DNA of 64,000 nt from Synechococcus sp. (GCA_047284725.1 JBJBEO010000001.1:1848203-1912202); one strand, 5' to 3'; counted from the stretch's first letter, positions 8,859 through 19,872 are shown. The notes: generated by a model from the letters alone, not told the origin. Translations and numbers: made by a program.

Positions 8859-9677
8859 GTGGCAGGAGAGAATCGCTGGTGGTTAGGAGGGGGTCTCGTC
8901 GTGGCCCTCGGGCTGGGCTGGCTGCTGAGTGCCGTGATTCATGACCACCAGGCCACGGCATCGCCCAGCCGCCTGGAAGTGGATCGTCAGGTGAAGGAAC
9001 TGTTGCAGAAACGAACTCAGCAGCCCCTCAGCCCTTCGGATGAGCGCCGCTTGATCGAACGCCTCTTGGCACTGGGGAGGCTGCCGGAAAGCATCGTGCT
9101 CGTGGAAGAACAGGTGAAGGCCCAGCCCAAGGTCTGGCGGTGGCGCCTCCTCCTCACCCAGCTGCATCTCCGTAACGGCAACAACAGAGCTGCTGACGCT
9201 CAGATCCAGCACCTGATGCGCCTGCATCCTCACCAGGTGGATGTGCTGCAAACGTTGTCCCAGCTTCGACTGGAGCAAGGGCGAGCCAAGGACGCCCTTG
9301 CCCTTGTTCAATCAGCCCTTGCGTCTGCGCCAGCCGATCAACGGATCGTGATCGGCCTACTGCTGGCTGATCTGCAACGCCAGAGCGGCCAAACAGCCGC
9401 TGCACTGAGCACCTACGGACAACTCGGCACCCAAGCGCCGAAGGACCCCAGACCCGTCATGGCCCAGGCCCTGCTCATGAAGGAGCAGGGAAAGGACAAG
9501 GAAGCAGAGCAGCTGCTCAGCATTGCCCGCCAACGCCAGGTCACGGCCAATGTGGACACACAGGCCATTGACAGCCTCGCGGCCAGCTGGGGGCTGCACA
9601 CCAGTCGAGAGGCAAAGGCTCAATCCGAACCAACGCCTACTGCCCCGGCTCCGTCGTCTGTGCGTCCCAACCCTTGA
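8859..9677 (+). CDS. Membrane-anchored TPR-like protein
   Basis: N-terminal TM helix then TPR-like helical repeats. Confidence 0.75.
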   Translation: MAGENRWWLGGGLVVALGLGWLLSAVIHDHQATASPSRLEVDRQVKELLQKRTQQPLSPSDERRLIERLLALGRLPESIVLVEEQVKAQPKVWRWRLLLTQLHLRNGNNRAADAQIQHLMRLHPHQVDVLQTLSQLRLEQGRAKDALALVQSALASAPADQRIVIGLLLADLQRQSGQTAAALSTYGQLGTQAPKDPRPVMAQALLMKEQGKDKEAEQLLSIARQRQVTANVDTQAIDSLAASWGLHTSREAKAQSEPTPTAPAPSSVRPNP

Positions 9678-9930
9678 GGGCCGCATCAATCGCATCCACA
9701 GGGTCGGTGGCATCGTCCATCGCGGTGGCCTGACGTAAACGGTTGATCAGGTCCATGGGATTGGTCGCATCCAGCACAGTCCCTTTGGGCTGACCTGGGC
9801 TGGTGTTGTAAAGCTCCTGCTCCGCGGGCGTCTGATAGCCAGACATCGTGCTCTGCGCCTGGGCGATCCCTGAGCCAGACACCACCAAGACAGCCACTGC
9901 AAGTGCGGTGCGGCGATAAAGCAACTGCAT
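9637..9930 (-). CDS. Small secreted hypothetical protein
   Basis: Signal peptide ending AQA; LDATNPMDLINRLRQATAMDDAT motif. Confidence 0.7.
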   Translation of the reverse strand: MQLLYRRTALAVAVLVVSGSGIAQAQSTMSGYQTPAEQELYNTSPGQPKGTVLDATNPMDLINRLRQATAMDDATDPVDAIDAALKGWDAQTTEPGQ

Positions 9931-9987
9931 CAGACGACTGCCTAGGGAGGGCCAATGCTAAGGGTCTCCAGCAGTGGCAGAAAGTCT

Positions 9988-10836
9988 GTGCTGATCGTCA
10001 GTTGGAACGTCAACTCCGTGCGCACCCGGCTCGAGCATGTGCTGGCCTGGCTGAAGAACGTCCAACCGGATCTGCTCTGCCTGCAGGAGACCAAGGTGGA
10101 TGACCCGCTGTTCCCGGCAGCAGCCTTTGAAGCGATCGGCTACCGGGTGCACGTCCACGGTCAGAAGGCTTACAACGGCGTGGCCCTCGTGAGCCGTGAA
10201 CCGCTCGAGGATGTACGCATGGGATTCAGCGGCGAACTCCCAGGCGATGCAGAGGCCATCGAGCTCGGCGAACAGAAACGGGTGATCAGTGGCGTGCTTC
10301 AGGGGGTGCGCGTCGTGAATCTCTACGTTCCAAACGGCTCCAGCTTGAGCTCAGACAAATACACCTACAAATTGCGCTGGCTGGACTGCCTCAGGCGCTA
10401 TCTGGAGGCAGCCCGGGAACGGGATGAACCGTTGTGTGTGGTCGGAGATTTCAACATCGGCCTGGAAGCCCGCGACATCCACGATCCGGAGCGGCTGACC
10501 GGCGGGATCATGGCCACAGAAGCCGAGCGCAGCGCTCTTCGGCTCGCCCTCGGAGATGACATGGACGACGTCTTCCGCGTCTTCGAGCCCGATGCAGGCC
10601 ACTGGAGCTGGTGGGACTACCGCAGTGGGGCCTGGAACCGCGACAGCGGCTGGCGCATCGATCACATCTATCTCTCTGACGAGCTCCTGGGCTCAGCCCG
10701 CAGCTGCGTGATTGACAAGCAGGAGCGGGGCCGGGAGCAACCCAGCGACCATGCTCCCGTGGTGGTCGACCTCTGCTGGCCACCCGACGATGACGATGAC
10801 GGCTGGCGTGATCAATCCTGGGGCGACGAGGATTGA
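9988..10836 (+). CDS. xthA: Exodeoxyribonuclease III
   Basis: SWNVNS, LQETK, YNGVA, GDFN, WWDYR, RIDH, SDHAPV; GTG start inferred. Confidence 0.95.
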   Translation: MLIVSWNVNSVRTRLEHVLAWLKNVQPDLLCLQETKVDDPLFPAAAFEAIGYRVHVHGQKAYNGVALVSREPLEDVRMGFSGELPGDAEAIELGEQKRVISGVLQGVRVVNLYVPNGSSLSSDKYTYKLRWLDCLRRYLEAARERDEPLCVVGDFNIGLEARDIHDPERLTGGIMATEAERSALRLALGDDMDDVFRVFEPDAGHWSWWDYRSGAWNRDSGWRIDHIYLSDELLGSARSCVIDKQERGREQPSDHAPVVVDLCWPPDDDDDGWRDQSWGDED

Positions 10837-10858
10837 TGCAACGCCTCAGGCCATCACG

Positions 10859-12316
10859 TCAGTACGCAATCACAGAAGGATCAGACTGGAGGGTGACGGC
10901 ACGCCTTGACGATTCCCCACAGCTTTTAGGCGTGGGGAAGATCTTGCCGGGATTGGCAACGCCATCCGGATCAAACGCCAAACGCAGGCGTCGCATCGTG
11001 GCCAGGTCCTCCGGGGCGAACATCCAATCGAGGTAGCAGCGTTTGTCGGAACCGACGCCGTGTTCCCCCGTGATGCTGCCTCCCACCGCCAGGCATTCCC
11101 GCAGGATCGCAGCGCCGAGATCCTTCACCCGCTGGTCAACGTCAGGATCATCACGTCGATACAGGATGAGCGGATGGAGATTGCCGTCACCGGCATGAAA
11201 CACATTGGCCACCGGCAATCCAAACTCCCCGCTCAGCCTCTCGATGGCCGCCAACACCCTGGGCAGGCTGCTCCGGGGCACCACGCCGTCTTGCACGTAA
11301 TACGTGGGTGAAATCTGGCCTACAGCGGCAAACGCTGATTTGCGTCCCTTCCAGAGCATCGCGCGATCGGCGGCGTCATCAGCGCGGCGTACCCCCCGCG
11401 CTCCGGCATCTCGGCACAATTGAGCAGCACGGTCGGCGGCGACGGCCACCTCCGCTGCCTGACCATCCAGTTCCACCAGCAGAACAGCAGCCGCATCCCT
11501 GGGGTACTCGTCATGGCCGAACAGGTCATTGACGGCATTGATCATGAAGTTGTCCATGATCTCCATCCCCGCGGGCAGCACCCCTGCCGCTGTCACCAGG
11601 CGCACCGCCTCCCCGGCCGACTCCATGGTGGGGAAATCAGCAAGAAGCACACTCACCGTTTCCGGCGCCCGCAACAAGCGAAGCGTGATTGCTGTGGCCA
11701 CACCGAGGGTGCCCTCGCTGCCAATGAACGCTCCGCGCAGATCCAGGGCAGCGCACTCGGCCAGATCAGCCCCAAGGCTCGTCACCGTGCCATCAGGCAG
11801 CACCACCTCCATCCCGAGAACGTGATTGCTCGTGACCCCGTATTTGAGGCAATGCACGCCGCCCGAATTCTCAGCGACGTTGCCACCGATGCTGCACACC
11901 ACCTGGCTGGAAGGATCAGGGGCGTAATAGAAGCCATCCCCTGCAACAGCGCGGGTGACCCAGCTGTTGATCACCCCGGGCTGGACAGTGACGGTCTGAT
12001 TCGGGAGGTCGATGGCCAGGATCTGGCGCATGCGACTGGTGATCAACAGCAGCGCCTCCTGCTCCGTCACGGCACCACCTGAGAGTCCCGTCCCACTGCC
12101 ACGCGCCACAAACGGCACTCCGTGATCACGACAACATTGCAGGGTGATTGCCACCTCCTCGGTCGTCCGCGGCAAGACCGCCAGGGGTGGTTCGTGACGG
12201 TCAATCGTCAAACCATCACAGTCGTAGGTAAGCAGTTCCTGCCGCTTTCGCACCAGGGCGTCAGACGGGAGCAACCGGCTGAGATCTCTGTCCAGGGCTG
12301 CCCAGTCGTGGATCAA
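10859..12316 (-). CDS. glcD: FAD-linked oxidase, glycolate oxidase GlcD-like
   Basis: [42 protein letters not shown]; start uncertain (TTG 12316; ORF open to 12445). Confidence 0.88.
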   Translation of the reverse strand: MIHDWAALDRDLSRLLPSDALVRKRQELLTYDCDGLTIDRHEPPLAVLPRTTEEVAITLQCCRDHGVPFVARGSGTGLSGGAVTEQEALLLITSRMRQILAIDLPNQTVTVQPGVINSWVTRAVAGDGFYYAPDPSSQVVCSIGGNVAENSGGVHCLKYGVTSNHVLGMEVVLPDGTVTSLGADLAECAALDLRGAFIGSEGTLGVATAITLRLLRAPETVSVLLADFPTMESAGEAVRLVTAAGVLPAGMEIMDNFMINAVNDLFGHDEYPRDAAAVLLVELDGQAAEVAVAADRAAQLCRDAGARGVRRADDAADRAMLWKGRKSAFAAVGQISPTYYVQDGVVPRSSLPRVLAAIERLSGEFGLPVANVFHAGDGNLHPLILYRRDDPDVDQRVKDLGAAILRECLAVGGSITGEHGVGSDKRCYLDWMFAPEDLATMRRLRLAFDPDGVANPGKIFPTPKSCGESSRRAVTLQSDPSVIAY

Positions 12317-12438
12317 GGACCGTCCGTTCGGAAGCCTCAACTCTGGCAGAAGCGACCGCGAACCAGTGGGGCTTCGGTCACAGTTCAGTCGCAGGTGACC
12401 GTTTTGGGTCAGGATGTCGGACGGTTTGCATCTGCCCC

Positions 12439-13755
12439 TTGGCATCCGTCCCCGTGACAGCTCCCACCCTGAACACCAGCCATTCCCAGGCCATTTTCAG
12501 TGCGGCCCAGAGCCTGATGCCCGGCGGGGTGAGCTCCCCGGTGAGGGCTTTCAAGTCGGTGGGCGGTCAGCCGATCGTCTTTGACAGGGTCAAAGGTCCC
12601 TATGCCTGGGACGTTGATGGCAACAAATACATCGACTACATCGGCAGCTGGGGACCGGCCATCTGCGGCCATGCCCATCCTGAGGTGATCAGCGCTCTCC
12701 AGGAAGCGATCGAGAAGGGAACCAGCTTCGGTGCACCGTGCGCTCTCGAGAACACCCTCGCGGAGATGGTGATCGAGGCCGTTCCCAGCGTGGAAATGGT
12801 GCGCTTTGTGAACAGCGGCACCGAGGCCTGCATGGCTGTTCTGCGCTTGATCCGTGCCTACACAGGCCGTGACAAGGTGATCAAGTTCGAAGGCTGCTAC
12901 CACGGACATGCCGACATGTTCCTGGTCAAGGCCGGCTCCGGAGTCGCCACTCTGGGCCTTCCTGATTCCCCCGGTGTGCCGCGAAGCACCACCGCCAACA
13001 CGCTCACAGCCCCCTACAACGACCTTGAAGCCGTCAAACAGCTGTTTGCAGAGAATCCGGACGCCATCGCCGGGGTGATTCTTGAACCGATCGTTGGCAA
13101 CGCCGGCTTCATCACTCCGGAGCCTGGATTCCTTGAGGGATTGCGCGAAATCACCAAGGAGCATGGCGCTCTACTCGTCTTCGATGAAGTGATGACCGGC
13201 TTCCGCATCAGCTACGGAGGAGCCCAAGCCCATTTCGGAGTCACCCCTGACCTCACCACGATGGGCAAGGTCATCGGAGGCGGCCTGCCTGTGGGCGCCT
13301 ATGGCGGCCGCAGAGAAATCATGGAGATGGTGGCCCCTGCAGGTCCGATGTACCAGGCAGGCACCCTGAGCGGCAATCCCCTGGCGATGACCGCAGGCAT
13401 CAAGACCCTCGAACTGCTCAAACAACCAGGCAGCTACGAGAAACTCACGGCAACGACCGAAACGCTGATCTCGGGCATCAGAGAAGCTGCCAAGGCCGCT
13501 GGCCTTCCATTCACCGGCGGCAGTGTCAGTGCGATGTTCGGCTTCTTCCTCTGCGAAGGCCCAGTCCGCAACTTCGAGGAAGCCAAGCAAACGGATTCAG
13601 AGCGGTTCGGAAAACTGCATCGGGCGATGCTTGAACGTGGGGTTTACCTGGCTCCGAGCGCCTTTGAAGCCGGTTTCACCTCCTTGGCACATTCCGACGC
13701 AGACATCGAGGCGACATTGCAGGCATTCCGCGAAAGCTTCGCGGAAATCGCCTGA
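12439..13755 (+). CDS. hemL: Glutamate-1-semialdehyde 2,1-aminomutase
   Basis: [35 protein letters not shown]. Confidence 0.97.
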   Translation: MASVPVTAPTLNTSHSQAIFSAAQSLMPGGVSSPVRAFKSVGGQPIVFDRVKGPYAWDVDGNKYIDYIGSWGPAICGHAHPEVISALQEAIEKGTSFGAPCALENTLAEMVIEAVPSVEMVRFVNSGTEACMAVLRLIRAYTGRDKVIKFEGCYHGHADMFLVKAGSGVATLGLPDSPGVPRSTTANTLTAPYNDLEAVKQLFAENPDAIAGVILEPIVGNAGFITPEPGFLEGLREITKEHGALLVFDEVMTGFRISYGGAQAHFGVTPDLTTMGKVIGGGLPVGAYGGRREIMEMVAPAGPMYQAGTLSGNPLAMTAGIKTLELLKQPGSYEKLTATTETLISGIREAAKAAGLPFTGGSVSAMFGFFLCEGPVRNFEEAKQTDSERFGKLHRAMLERGVYLAPSAFEAGFTSLAHSDADIEATLQAFRESFAEIA

Positions 13756-13779
13756 CCCCACCCTTCAGGTTCCCTCTTC

Positions 13780-13810
13780 AAGCCCCGCTGCCGAGGCAGC
13801 GGGGCTTTTT
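13780..13810 (+). terminator. hemL intrinsic terminator
   Basis: AAGCCCCGCTGCC-GA-GGCAGCGGGGCTTTTT, perfect inverted repeat. Confidence 0.9.
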
Positions 13811-14146
13811 GCTGGCGAAAATCCTACGAATCAACAGCGTTCGCATGCGCTGCCAAAGGGCAGACGCATTGAGGCCGCGACAAAACACTGACGACTCGAA
13901 TCCAACTGAAGCAGGCACGGAAGAGAACCGTGATTTCAATCGGATCCAGAGACGTTCAACGATGTTTCCTATGAAAGAACTGAATCTGACCAATACGCTG
14001 AGTGCAACCTTAACGATCTGCTATCAGTCTTCTATCAACAACTGTGCACCAATTCAATGTAGCGGCGAGCCAAACCGACCACAACGCAGTCAGCAAAAAC
14101 TGTTCAGCGCAGTCCCTGCTCACACGAACCCATCAAAAATCATTCT

Positions 14147-14335
14147 TCAGGATGACTTTTTCTTGCCATCCAGAAGATCAATCAACGCCTGCAGCTTCTC
14201 AATCGCTTCTCTCACCGCAACAGCTTCGGGCATGGTGCCCTCGTCCATCACCGCAAGGTGCATGTCTTTACACATATTGCGCAGCTGCTGAATTCTTTGC
14301 TTGACATCTGCCTTTTTTTCAGCTGCTGTTGCCAT
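14147..14335 (-). CDS. Small helical hypothetical protein (62 aa)
   Basis: Natural-looking two-helix charged sequence; fills an otherwise empty gap. Confidence 0.6.
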   Translation of the reverse strand: MATAAEKKADVKQRIQQLRNMCKDMHLAVMDEGTMPEAVAVREAIEKLQALIDLLDGKKKSS

Positions 14336-14432
14336 TGAAATCCAGTCAATTTCAGCAGCCTACCATTCGCTACAGCATCAACATGCTGCCCCCAAGCATG
14401 GGAAGCAACAGACCTCTGGAGGCCTCACCGAC

Positions 14433-14693
14433 ATGCCATCCGACGTTCCAGCCCAAGAACAAACGAGGAAATGGTTCCGCAGCCACCTCCTCAACCGTGA
14501 AATCGAATTGCAGGAGCTGTACGAGCTCGGGGGCGATGAGCTGGATTTGATCATGGCTGAAACAGCTGAGATCCGATCCGATCCCGACAACAAAGCGCGT
14601 AGCCACGGTCGTTGGTGCACAGCGGGTTATGTGCTGGAGCTGGCGCGCATCATCGACAGACGGCGAAGTGACGATTGCGACCCGCACCTGTGA
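14433..14693 (+). CDS. Hypothetical protein (86 aa)
   Basis: GGAGG RBS upstream of ATG 14433; WFRSHLL...WCTAGYVLELARIID. Confidence 0.7.
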   Translation: MPSDVPAQEQTRKWFRSHLLNREIELQELYELGGDELDLIMAETAEIRSDPDNKARSHGRWCTAGYVLELARIIDRRRSDDCDPHL

Positions 14694-15121
14694 TGCCTCC
14701 ACTCGCTGACCAGCTGCTCGCCATGGGGATGCGAGAGCTCGAGATCGGTCATGTCTTGGCACGTCTGATCGATGAGCACTACGAACTCGACACCACCCAC
14801 TTCCTTGCCGAGGTAGAGGCCCCCAACCGCATTAAAGCGATTGAAACATTTCTCTGGGCCCATCTTCAGCCCCGTTTTCAGGGCCAGTCTTTCGCCCTAG
14901 ACCCCGCCTTCCTCCGAAGCCACGTCGACTGGGGCGGCGCCTGGCGTCAACTCCGCCAGCAACACGGCATGAGTTGCATTCAGATGCCCAAGGAATCACA
15001 GCAAGCGATGGTGCATTTCCTGTTCGTTGCAGGTCCTAATCCTCTCTGTCGAGGTGATCTGAACCTGCGTCAAACCCAGGGCGATCCCCAGCTCGGCAAC
15101 CAGTTCATCTGGACGCCATGA
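14675..15121 (+). CDS. Hypothetical protein
   Basis: 148-aa ORF; ATG 14693 overlaps the upstream stop (TGATG), so it is the likelier start. Confidence 0.6.
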   Translation: MRPAPVMPPLADQLLAMGMRELEIGHVLARLIDEHYELDTTHFLAEVEAPNRIKAIETFLWAHLQPRFQGQSFALDPAFLRSHVDWGGAWRQLRQQHGMSCIQMPKESQQAMVHFLFVAGPNPLCRGDLNLRQTQGDPQLGNQFIWTP

Positions 15122-15141
15122 CGGCTGATCATGGCCGCTGA

Positions 15142-15639
15142 TCAGCGGTAGTTCTCGAACTGAAGGGGCACCTCAAGGTCCTCCTCCTTGGTTTTCAGCA
15201 GCTGAATGGCCTGCTGGAGATCATCCTTGCTTTTGCCAGTGACGCGCAGACTCTCGCCCTGAATGGCCACTGTCACTTTCTTGAGCTCATCCCTCACCAT
15301 CTTGCTGAGCTTCTTGGCATTGTCCTGACTGAGCCCTTTGCGCAGTTTCACGACCTGTTTGACCCGGTTCCCACCCACGGTTTCAGGGGTCTGAAAATCG
15401 AAAATCTTCAACGACAGATTGCGCTTGGTCGCCTTGGCGCGCAACACATCCTCGACTGCTTGAAGCGTCATGTCGCTGGCCGTGGTGATCACAACCTCGG
15501 TTTCCTCCAGCTCAATCTCCGTGCCGGAATCCTTGAGGTCGTAACGGTTGCCCACATCGCGACGCACCTGGTCAAGGGTATTCACCAGCTCCTGACGGTC
15601 GAAATCGGAGACCACATCAAAGGAGTAGGTGCTGGCCAT
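15142..15639 (-). CDS. yajQ: YajQ family nucleotide/c-di-GMP-binding protein
   Basis: SFDVVS, RYDLK, IQGESLRVTGKSKDDLQ, PLQFENYR. Confidence 0.95.
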   Translation of the reverse strand: MASTYSFDVVSDFDRQELVNTLDQVRRDVGNRYDLKDSGTEIELEETEVVITTASDMTLQAVEDVLRAKATKRNLSLKIFDFQTPETVGGNRVKQVVKLRKGLSQDNAKKLSKMVRDELKKVTVAIQGESLRVTGKSKDDLQQAIQLLKTKEEDLEVPLQFENYR

Positions 15640-15756
15640 GACCCTCATTCAGTCGTTTGAGACCACCCTATCGGTGGTGCGGGCGCAGGAGGCCCACAAA
15701 GGAGGCTCACAAGAGAAGACCTGCCTCCCTTGAATAGGGAGATCCCTCAAGGTTCG

Positions 15757-16212
15757 ATGTCACTCACCAGCTTGTTCACCGCCACCGCCGCGGCTCCCTT
15801 CGCCTGGTCACTTGTGCTCGCCGGAGCGGTGGTGATCGCCAGCATTGTTCCTCTGGGGGCCGCCCGTTCCCAGGCCGACTTCACCATGACCGACATGGGT
15901 GCCCCCAGGGCCATGTTTGACCGACTGCCAGCCTGGGGGAAGCGCGCCAGCTGGGCCCATCAGAACAGTTTTGAAGCCTTCAGCCTCCATGCGCCGGCAG
16001 CCCTGCTCGCCCTGATCGCAGCACTTCAGACAGGACCTTTACCAGTCATCGCCGTCGGAGCCGCACTGGTTCAACCCCTGTTGCGACTTCTCTACATCGC
16101 TGCCTATGTGGGCAATGTGCCCCCAGCCCGTGGCCTCTGCTGGGCAACGGCTCTGTTCTGCACCGGTCTTCTCTACACCGAAGCGCTCAGAGCCCTGCTT
16201 CAGGCCGCCTGA
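15757..16212 (+). CDS. MAPEG family membrane protein
   Basis: RASWAHQNSFEAF and RLLYIAAY motifs. Confidence 0.85.
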   Translation: MSLTSLFTATAAAPFAWSLVLAGAVVIASIVPLGAARSQADFTMTDMGAPRAMFDRLPAWGKRASWAHQNSFEAFSLHAPAALLALIAALQTGPLPVIAVGAALVQPLLRLLYIAAYVGNVPPARGLCWATALFCTGLLYTEALRALLQAA

Positions 16213-16667
16213 GCCCAAGCGGCCAGAGCCTTGTCGGCTGAGGTGATCGACGCCAGAGAATCGTGCCAGTAGGCCTGCCATCCCAGCCGAGGCAGGCCTG
16301 CAAACACCATCAGATTCAGTGGATAGTGATCGGAATCCGTGCAGCGACGAAAATCATCGCGATACAGGAACACAGGCTTCTCCAACGCAAAGGCCGCTCC
16401 CAGCTCAACCATCACCCCCTCATCCGGGGGAGTGCCATTGACGATGGCGAACACGGCGTCAGCCTCGCCCACATCGTTCAGACACTGCTGCGCCACCCGA
16501 TAGACGCCGTCTGACCGGCTCAGATCAACGCCCTGGTTGCGGGCAAAGGGCTCCCAGACCACCAGGCCAAGCGACTCCAGCGCCTGCACAAAACGCGGCA
16601 GCAATGTGGCCCTGCTCTCTGAGGAAAAACCCAGGGGGGAGGCGAGATAGATCGTCTTCGCAGCCAT
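16200..16667 (-). CDS. Nucleoside 2-deoxyribosyltransferase family protein
   Basis: IYLASP, DEGVMVELGAA, NLM motifs. Confidence 0.88.
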   Translation of the reverse strand: MAAKTIYLASPLGFSSESRATLLPRFVQALESLGLVVWEPFARNQGVDLSRSDGVYRVAQQCLNDVGEADAVFAIVNGTPPDEGVMVELGAAFALEKPVFLYRDDFRRCTDSDHYPLNLMVFAGLPRLGWQAYWHDSLASITSADKALAAWAQAA

Positions 16668-17581
16668 CAGCCCTGGGGGGCTTGGAACTGTTTCAGCGCC
16701 GCCAGCAACGCAGCGGGCGACTGGGGGTCAACCATCAGGACACTGCCGCCCGGTGCATCCGCCAGCTGTTCACCCATGGTCATCCACTCTTTGGCGAGCA
16801 TCAGACGCATCGCTTCAGCGGTGTGGGGGTTGGATTGCAGAGCTTCCGCCATCACCAGGCCGGCTTTCGCCTTGGCATCAGCGAGCACCTGCTGTTGCTG
16901 TGACTGGGCTTCCGCCTCCAGCAGCAAGGCCTCCTTCTGCGCTCTGGCATCCAGGACCAAGGCTTCAGCACGACCTCGAGCCTCGTTCAACTGAGATTCC
17001 TTCTCACCCTCCGAGCGCAGGATGGCAGCCCGCTTCTCGCGTTCCGCGGTCATCTGCTGTTCCATCGCCTGCTGAACCCCGGGCGATGGCACAATGTCGC
17101 GCATCTCAACCCGGGTGACTTTCACCCCCCAGGGATCGGTGGCCTGATCCAATTCCCGCAAGAGCAATTCGTTCACTTCACTGCGGGTGGTGAACGTCTG
17201 ATCCAGATCCAGCTTTCCCATCTCAGCACGAATCTGGGTCAACACGAGATTGACCATGGCCGCCTGCAGATTGTCGACCGCGTAGTAGGCGCGGGAGTGC
17301 TCGAGCAACTGCCAGTACACAACGGCATCGACTTCGATCGAGACGTTGTCGCGGGTGATGCATTGTTGCGGAGGAATGTCGAGAACGCGCTCCTTGAGCG
17401 ATTCATGGCTGACCACCTTCTCCACCACGGGAATCACCAACGACAACCCCGGCTGCAACTCGCGGTCAAACTTGCCCAGGCGCTCCACCAGGCGAGACCG
17501 TCCGCCACTGGTGACTTTGACGCTACCGGTACCGAGAACCGCCAGCAGCAGCAAAGCCGGCAGACTGAAAAGCGCTTCCAA
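16667..17581 (-). CDS. SPFH/band-7 stomatin-like protein
   Basis: VERLGKF, ITRDNVSIEVD, WGVKVTRVE, AEREKRA; TTG start. Confidence 0.93.
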   Translation of the reverse strand: MEALFSLPALLLLAVLGTGSVKVTSGGRSRLVERLGKFDRELQPGLSLVIPVVEKVVSHESLKERVLDIPPQQCITRDNVSIEVDAVVYWQLLEHSRAYYAVDNLQAAMVNLVLTQIRAEMGKLDLDQTFTTRSEVNELLLRELDQATDPWGVKVTRVEMRDIVPSPGVQQAMEQQMTAEREKRAAILRSEGEKESQLNEARGRAEALVLDARAQKEALLLEAEAQSQQQQVLADAKAKAGLVMAEALQSNPHTAEAMRLMLAKEWMTMGEQLADAPGGSVLMVDPQSPAALLAALKQFQAPQG

Positions 17582-17685
17582 GGCATCAAGGCGTCTGTGG
17601 CGACCTTAAGGACCTTGACCAATGCCCACAAGGGCCATGCCACAGCCATGCAGGGGCATCAGAGTGAACTGAACTGGCGCAAGCG

Positions 17686-18147
17686 GTGATGCCCTCGATC
17701 TGGGTTCCATTGATCTGGCTGGCGGTGGCTGCAGTCCTGCTGACCCTGGAGCTGTCACAGCCCAGTTTTGATGGCTTGATGTTTGCCGCCATCGCCGCCC
17801 TGCTGGTCTCAGCCGTCACGGCCATCGGCCCGCTGCCATTGGTGCTGCAACTGAGTGCGTTCGTCGTCATCACTGTCGTTGGCACCGTGTGGTTGATGCG
17901 TTGGTCAGCGCACCGCAATCCCGATCCCGACAGCCAACGACAGCGCCAGGATCTGGCCGAAGTGATCAGTCCCATTCCCCCTGGAGGTGAAGGCCGGGTT
18001 CGCTGGCATGGTCAGAGCTGGGCAGCGGCCTCTCTGGAACTGGAGCGCCCCCTCACCGATGGAGAGAAAGTGCTGGTGGTGGGGCGAGACGGAACGCAGC
18101 TGCAGGTGATGGCAGCAAGCCCTCTCAGTCGAAGTAGAGAAGACTGA
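17686..18147 (+). CDS. NfeD family (short, OB-fold) membrane protein
   Basis: Three TM segments then GRVRWHGQSWAA...GEKVLVVGRDGTQLQV. Confidence 0.88.
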   Translation: MMPSIWVPLIWLAVAAVLLTLELSQPSFDGLMFAAIAALLVSAVTAIGPLPLVLQLSAFVVITVVGTVWLMRWSAHRNPDPDSQRQRQDLAEVISPIPPGGEGRVRWHGQSWAAASLELERPLTDGEKVLVVGRDGTQLQVMAASPLSRSRED

Positions 18148-18643
18148 CAACTTTTCCCATATCTTCGGCGCTGCGACAGCTGTTCAGCAGCGTTTCACTG
18201 TCATGGAAGGCCAGACAGATCAGCTGATCACAACGGCTGATGATGTCTTGATTGCAGAGACTGCTCGCCAGAGGCAGGGGCAAATCATCCTGTTCAGGCT
18301 TTTCGATCAGGTGAAGCACCCGATCCAGACTCTCACGAATCTCAGGGAGCTGCCTTTCCAGACTTTGGGGCAACAGCACCGTGAGACGCGCGGGATCCAC
18401 ATCCAACACTCCCCGGATGACAGCGGCGTTGACACCCTGGGCACCCGACGTGATCAAGGAGTGTCCTTCCTGGGCCAGGGAACGGGCGATCAATTCAACG
18501 AGATGAATGGCCACAATCGGCACATGACGGCTGCCGAGAATCGCAATTCTGCGCTTGCCTTTGTCCTGAAGCAGTGCCAACTCCTGGGCCAGGGTGTCAA
18601 CCCTGTCAAGAGACGGAAGATCTAGGGAGCGGCTCAAGGACAT
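18125..18643 (-). CDS. DprA/Smf-like Rossmann-fold protein (DNA recombination-mediator A family)
   Basis: IAILGSR, ITSGAQGVNAAV, AFHDS. Confidence 0.75.
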   Translation of the reverse strand: MSLSRSLDLPSLDRVDTLAQELALLQDKGKRRIAILGSRHVPIVAIHLVELIARSLAQEGHSLITSGAQGVNAAVIRGVLDVDPARLTVLLPQSLERQLPEIRESLDRVLHLIEKPEQDDLPLPLASSLCNQDIISRCDQLICLAFHDSETLLNSCRSAEDMGKVVSLLYFD

Positions 18644-18740
18644 CCCACCGGTCACAGTCAGAAATTAGCAGTAATTCTGATGCGTATGAGAGAACGAAAC
18701 ACGCTCGCGTCAGGATGATTGAACCGTCGGGATGGGAGCT

Positions 18741-19832
18741 TCAGAGCGAGACGCCCAGAACGGAGAACAACCGGTCGAGTTGGCAGTGATCTTCGACCAG
18801 ACGGAAGGCGTAGGTGGCTTTGACTGCCTCGTGCAGGCGCACATGACCAAAGGCCTGTTCAATCACTTCCACGGTGGCGAGGGTGTCGTGCTCCACTTTC
18901 AACAGAGGGACCTCAAGTTCGTCGGCCCGGCTGATCAATTGAGGCAGAGGCTCGCCAGCACCGGTGAGAATCAGACATTGTGTGGAAGCCTCAAGGGCTG
19001 CCAACTGAATATCGGTTCGATCAGCACCGGTCACAACCGCCATATTGCGGCGACGACGGAAGAACTCCATCGCTGAGTTCACGTTCATGGCACCGATACT
19101 CAGCGTCTCAACCAGCAATTCCAGACGCTCTTCACAGCAGATCACCCGAGCATCAAGACGACGCACCAGTTCTCCGACCGTGACACTGCGCAACAGGGGA
19201 GAACGCGGCATCACACCAAACACAGCCAGGCCAAGCGCCTCCAGAGCCGGTACCACCTGACGCTGAATCACGCCCACTTCTTTGGGCGTCACGGCATTGA
19301 GCACGATGCCGGCCAAACGGTCACCCAGCTGATCGCGGGCCTCCAGCAGCGCATCCACACTTGTGCTGTTCTGCCACAAATGCAACAACACCACCTTGGC
19401 GTCGAGGCCGCGGGCCAGCTGGCCGAGGCTGAGCCCATATAAGAGGCCTTCATGCAGGCTTCCCGCCGCCTCCAGCAGGGTGAACGCGTCATCGTCCTGT
19501 TGAAGCTGCTGTTGCAGTCGCGTGAATCCATCGCCGGGATCAAGTCGACCTTCGGACAGACGCTGATCGGCAGAGGCGGGAGCGAGAAGGTGAAGCGATG
19601 GAATCAACTGGTCCTCGCTGAGGCCCAGGGTGTCTCCGACGAAACGAACGTCGTCGTCAATCAAGGGATCTGGCAGCTCACCACCATCAGCAGACCACTC
19701 AAGACTGGTGGCCAAGGGTTTCCCGAAGCGGACGGGTCGACCAGACGTCGCGAGTTGACGCGCCAGACCCAACACAAAAGCTGATTTCCCACTGAAAGGT
19801 TCACACGATCCGATCAGCAAGGTCGATCCCAT
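18741..19832 (-). CDS. BioD-like/DRTGG-domain phosphotransacetylase-family protein
   Basis: FSGKS P-loop, GKP, VTGADRTDIQLAALE, LILTG; no PTA catalytic domain. Confidence 0.85.
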   Translation of the reverse strand: MGSTLLIGSCEPFSGKSAFVLGLARQLATSGRPVRFGKPLATSLEWSADGGELPDPLIDDDVRFVGDTLGLSEDQLIPSLHLLAPASADQRLSEGRLDPGDGFTRLQQQLQQDDDAFTLLEAAGSLHEGLLYGLSLGQLARGLDAKVVLLHLWQNSTSVDALLEARDQLGDRLAGIVLNAVTPKEVGVIQRQVVPALEALGLAVFGVMPRSPLLRSVTVGELVRRLDARVICCEERLELLVETLSIGAMNVNSAMEFFRRRRNMAVVTGADRTDIQLAALEASTQCLILTGAGEPLPQLISRADELEVPLLKVEHDTLATVEVIEQAFGHVRLHEAVKATYAFRLVEDHCQLDRLFSVLGVSL

Positions 19833-19872
19833 CAGAGGCTCCAGGTTTCCCTTCTTGCAAATAATTTAAGGG

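Noticed and set aside
13809..14291. 160-aa plus-strand ORF
   Set aside because: Starts in the hemL terminator tail, has atypical composition and overlaps a more plausible minus-strand ORF
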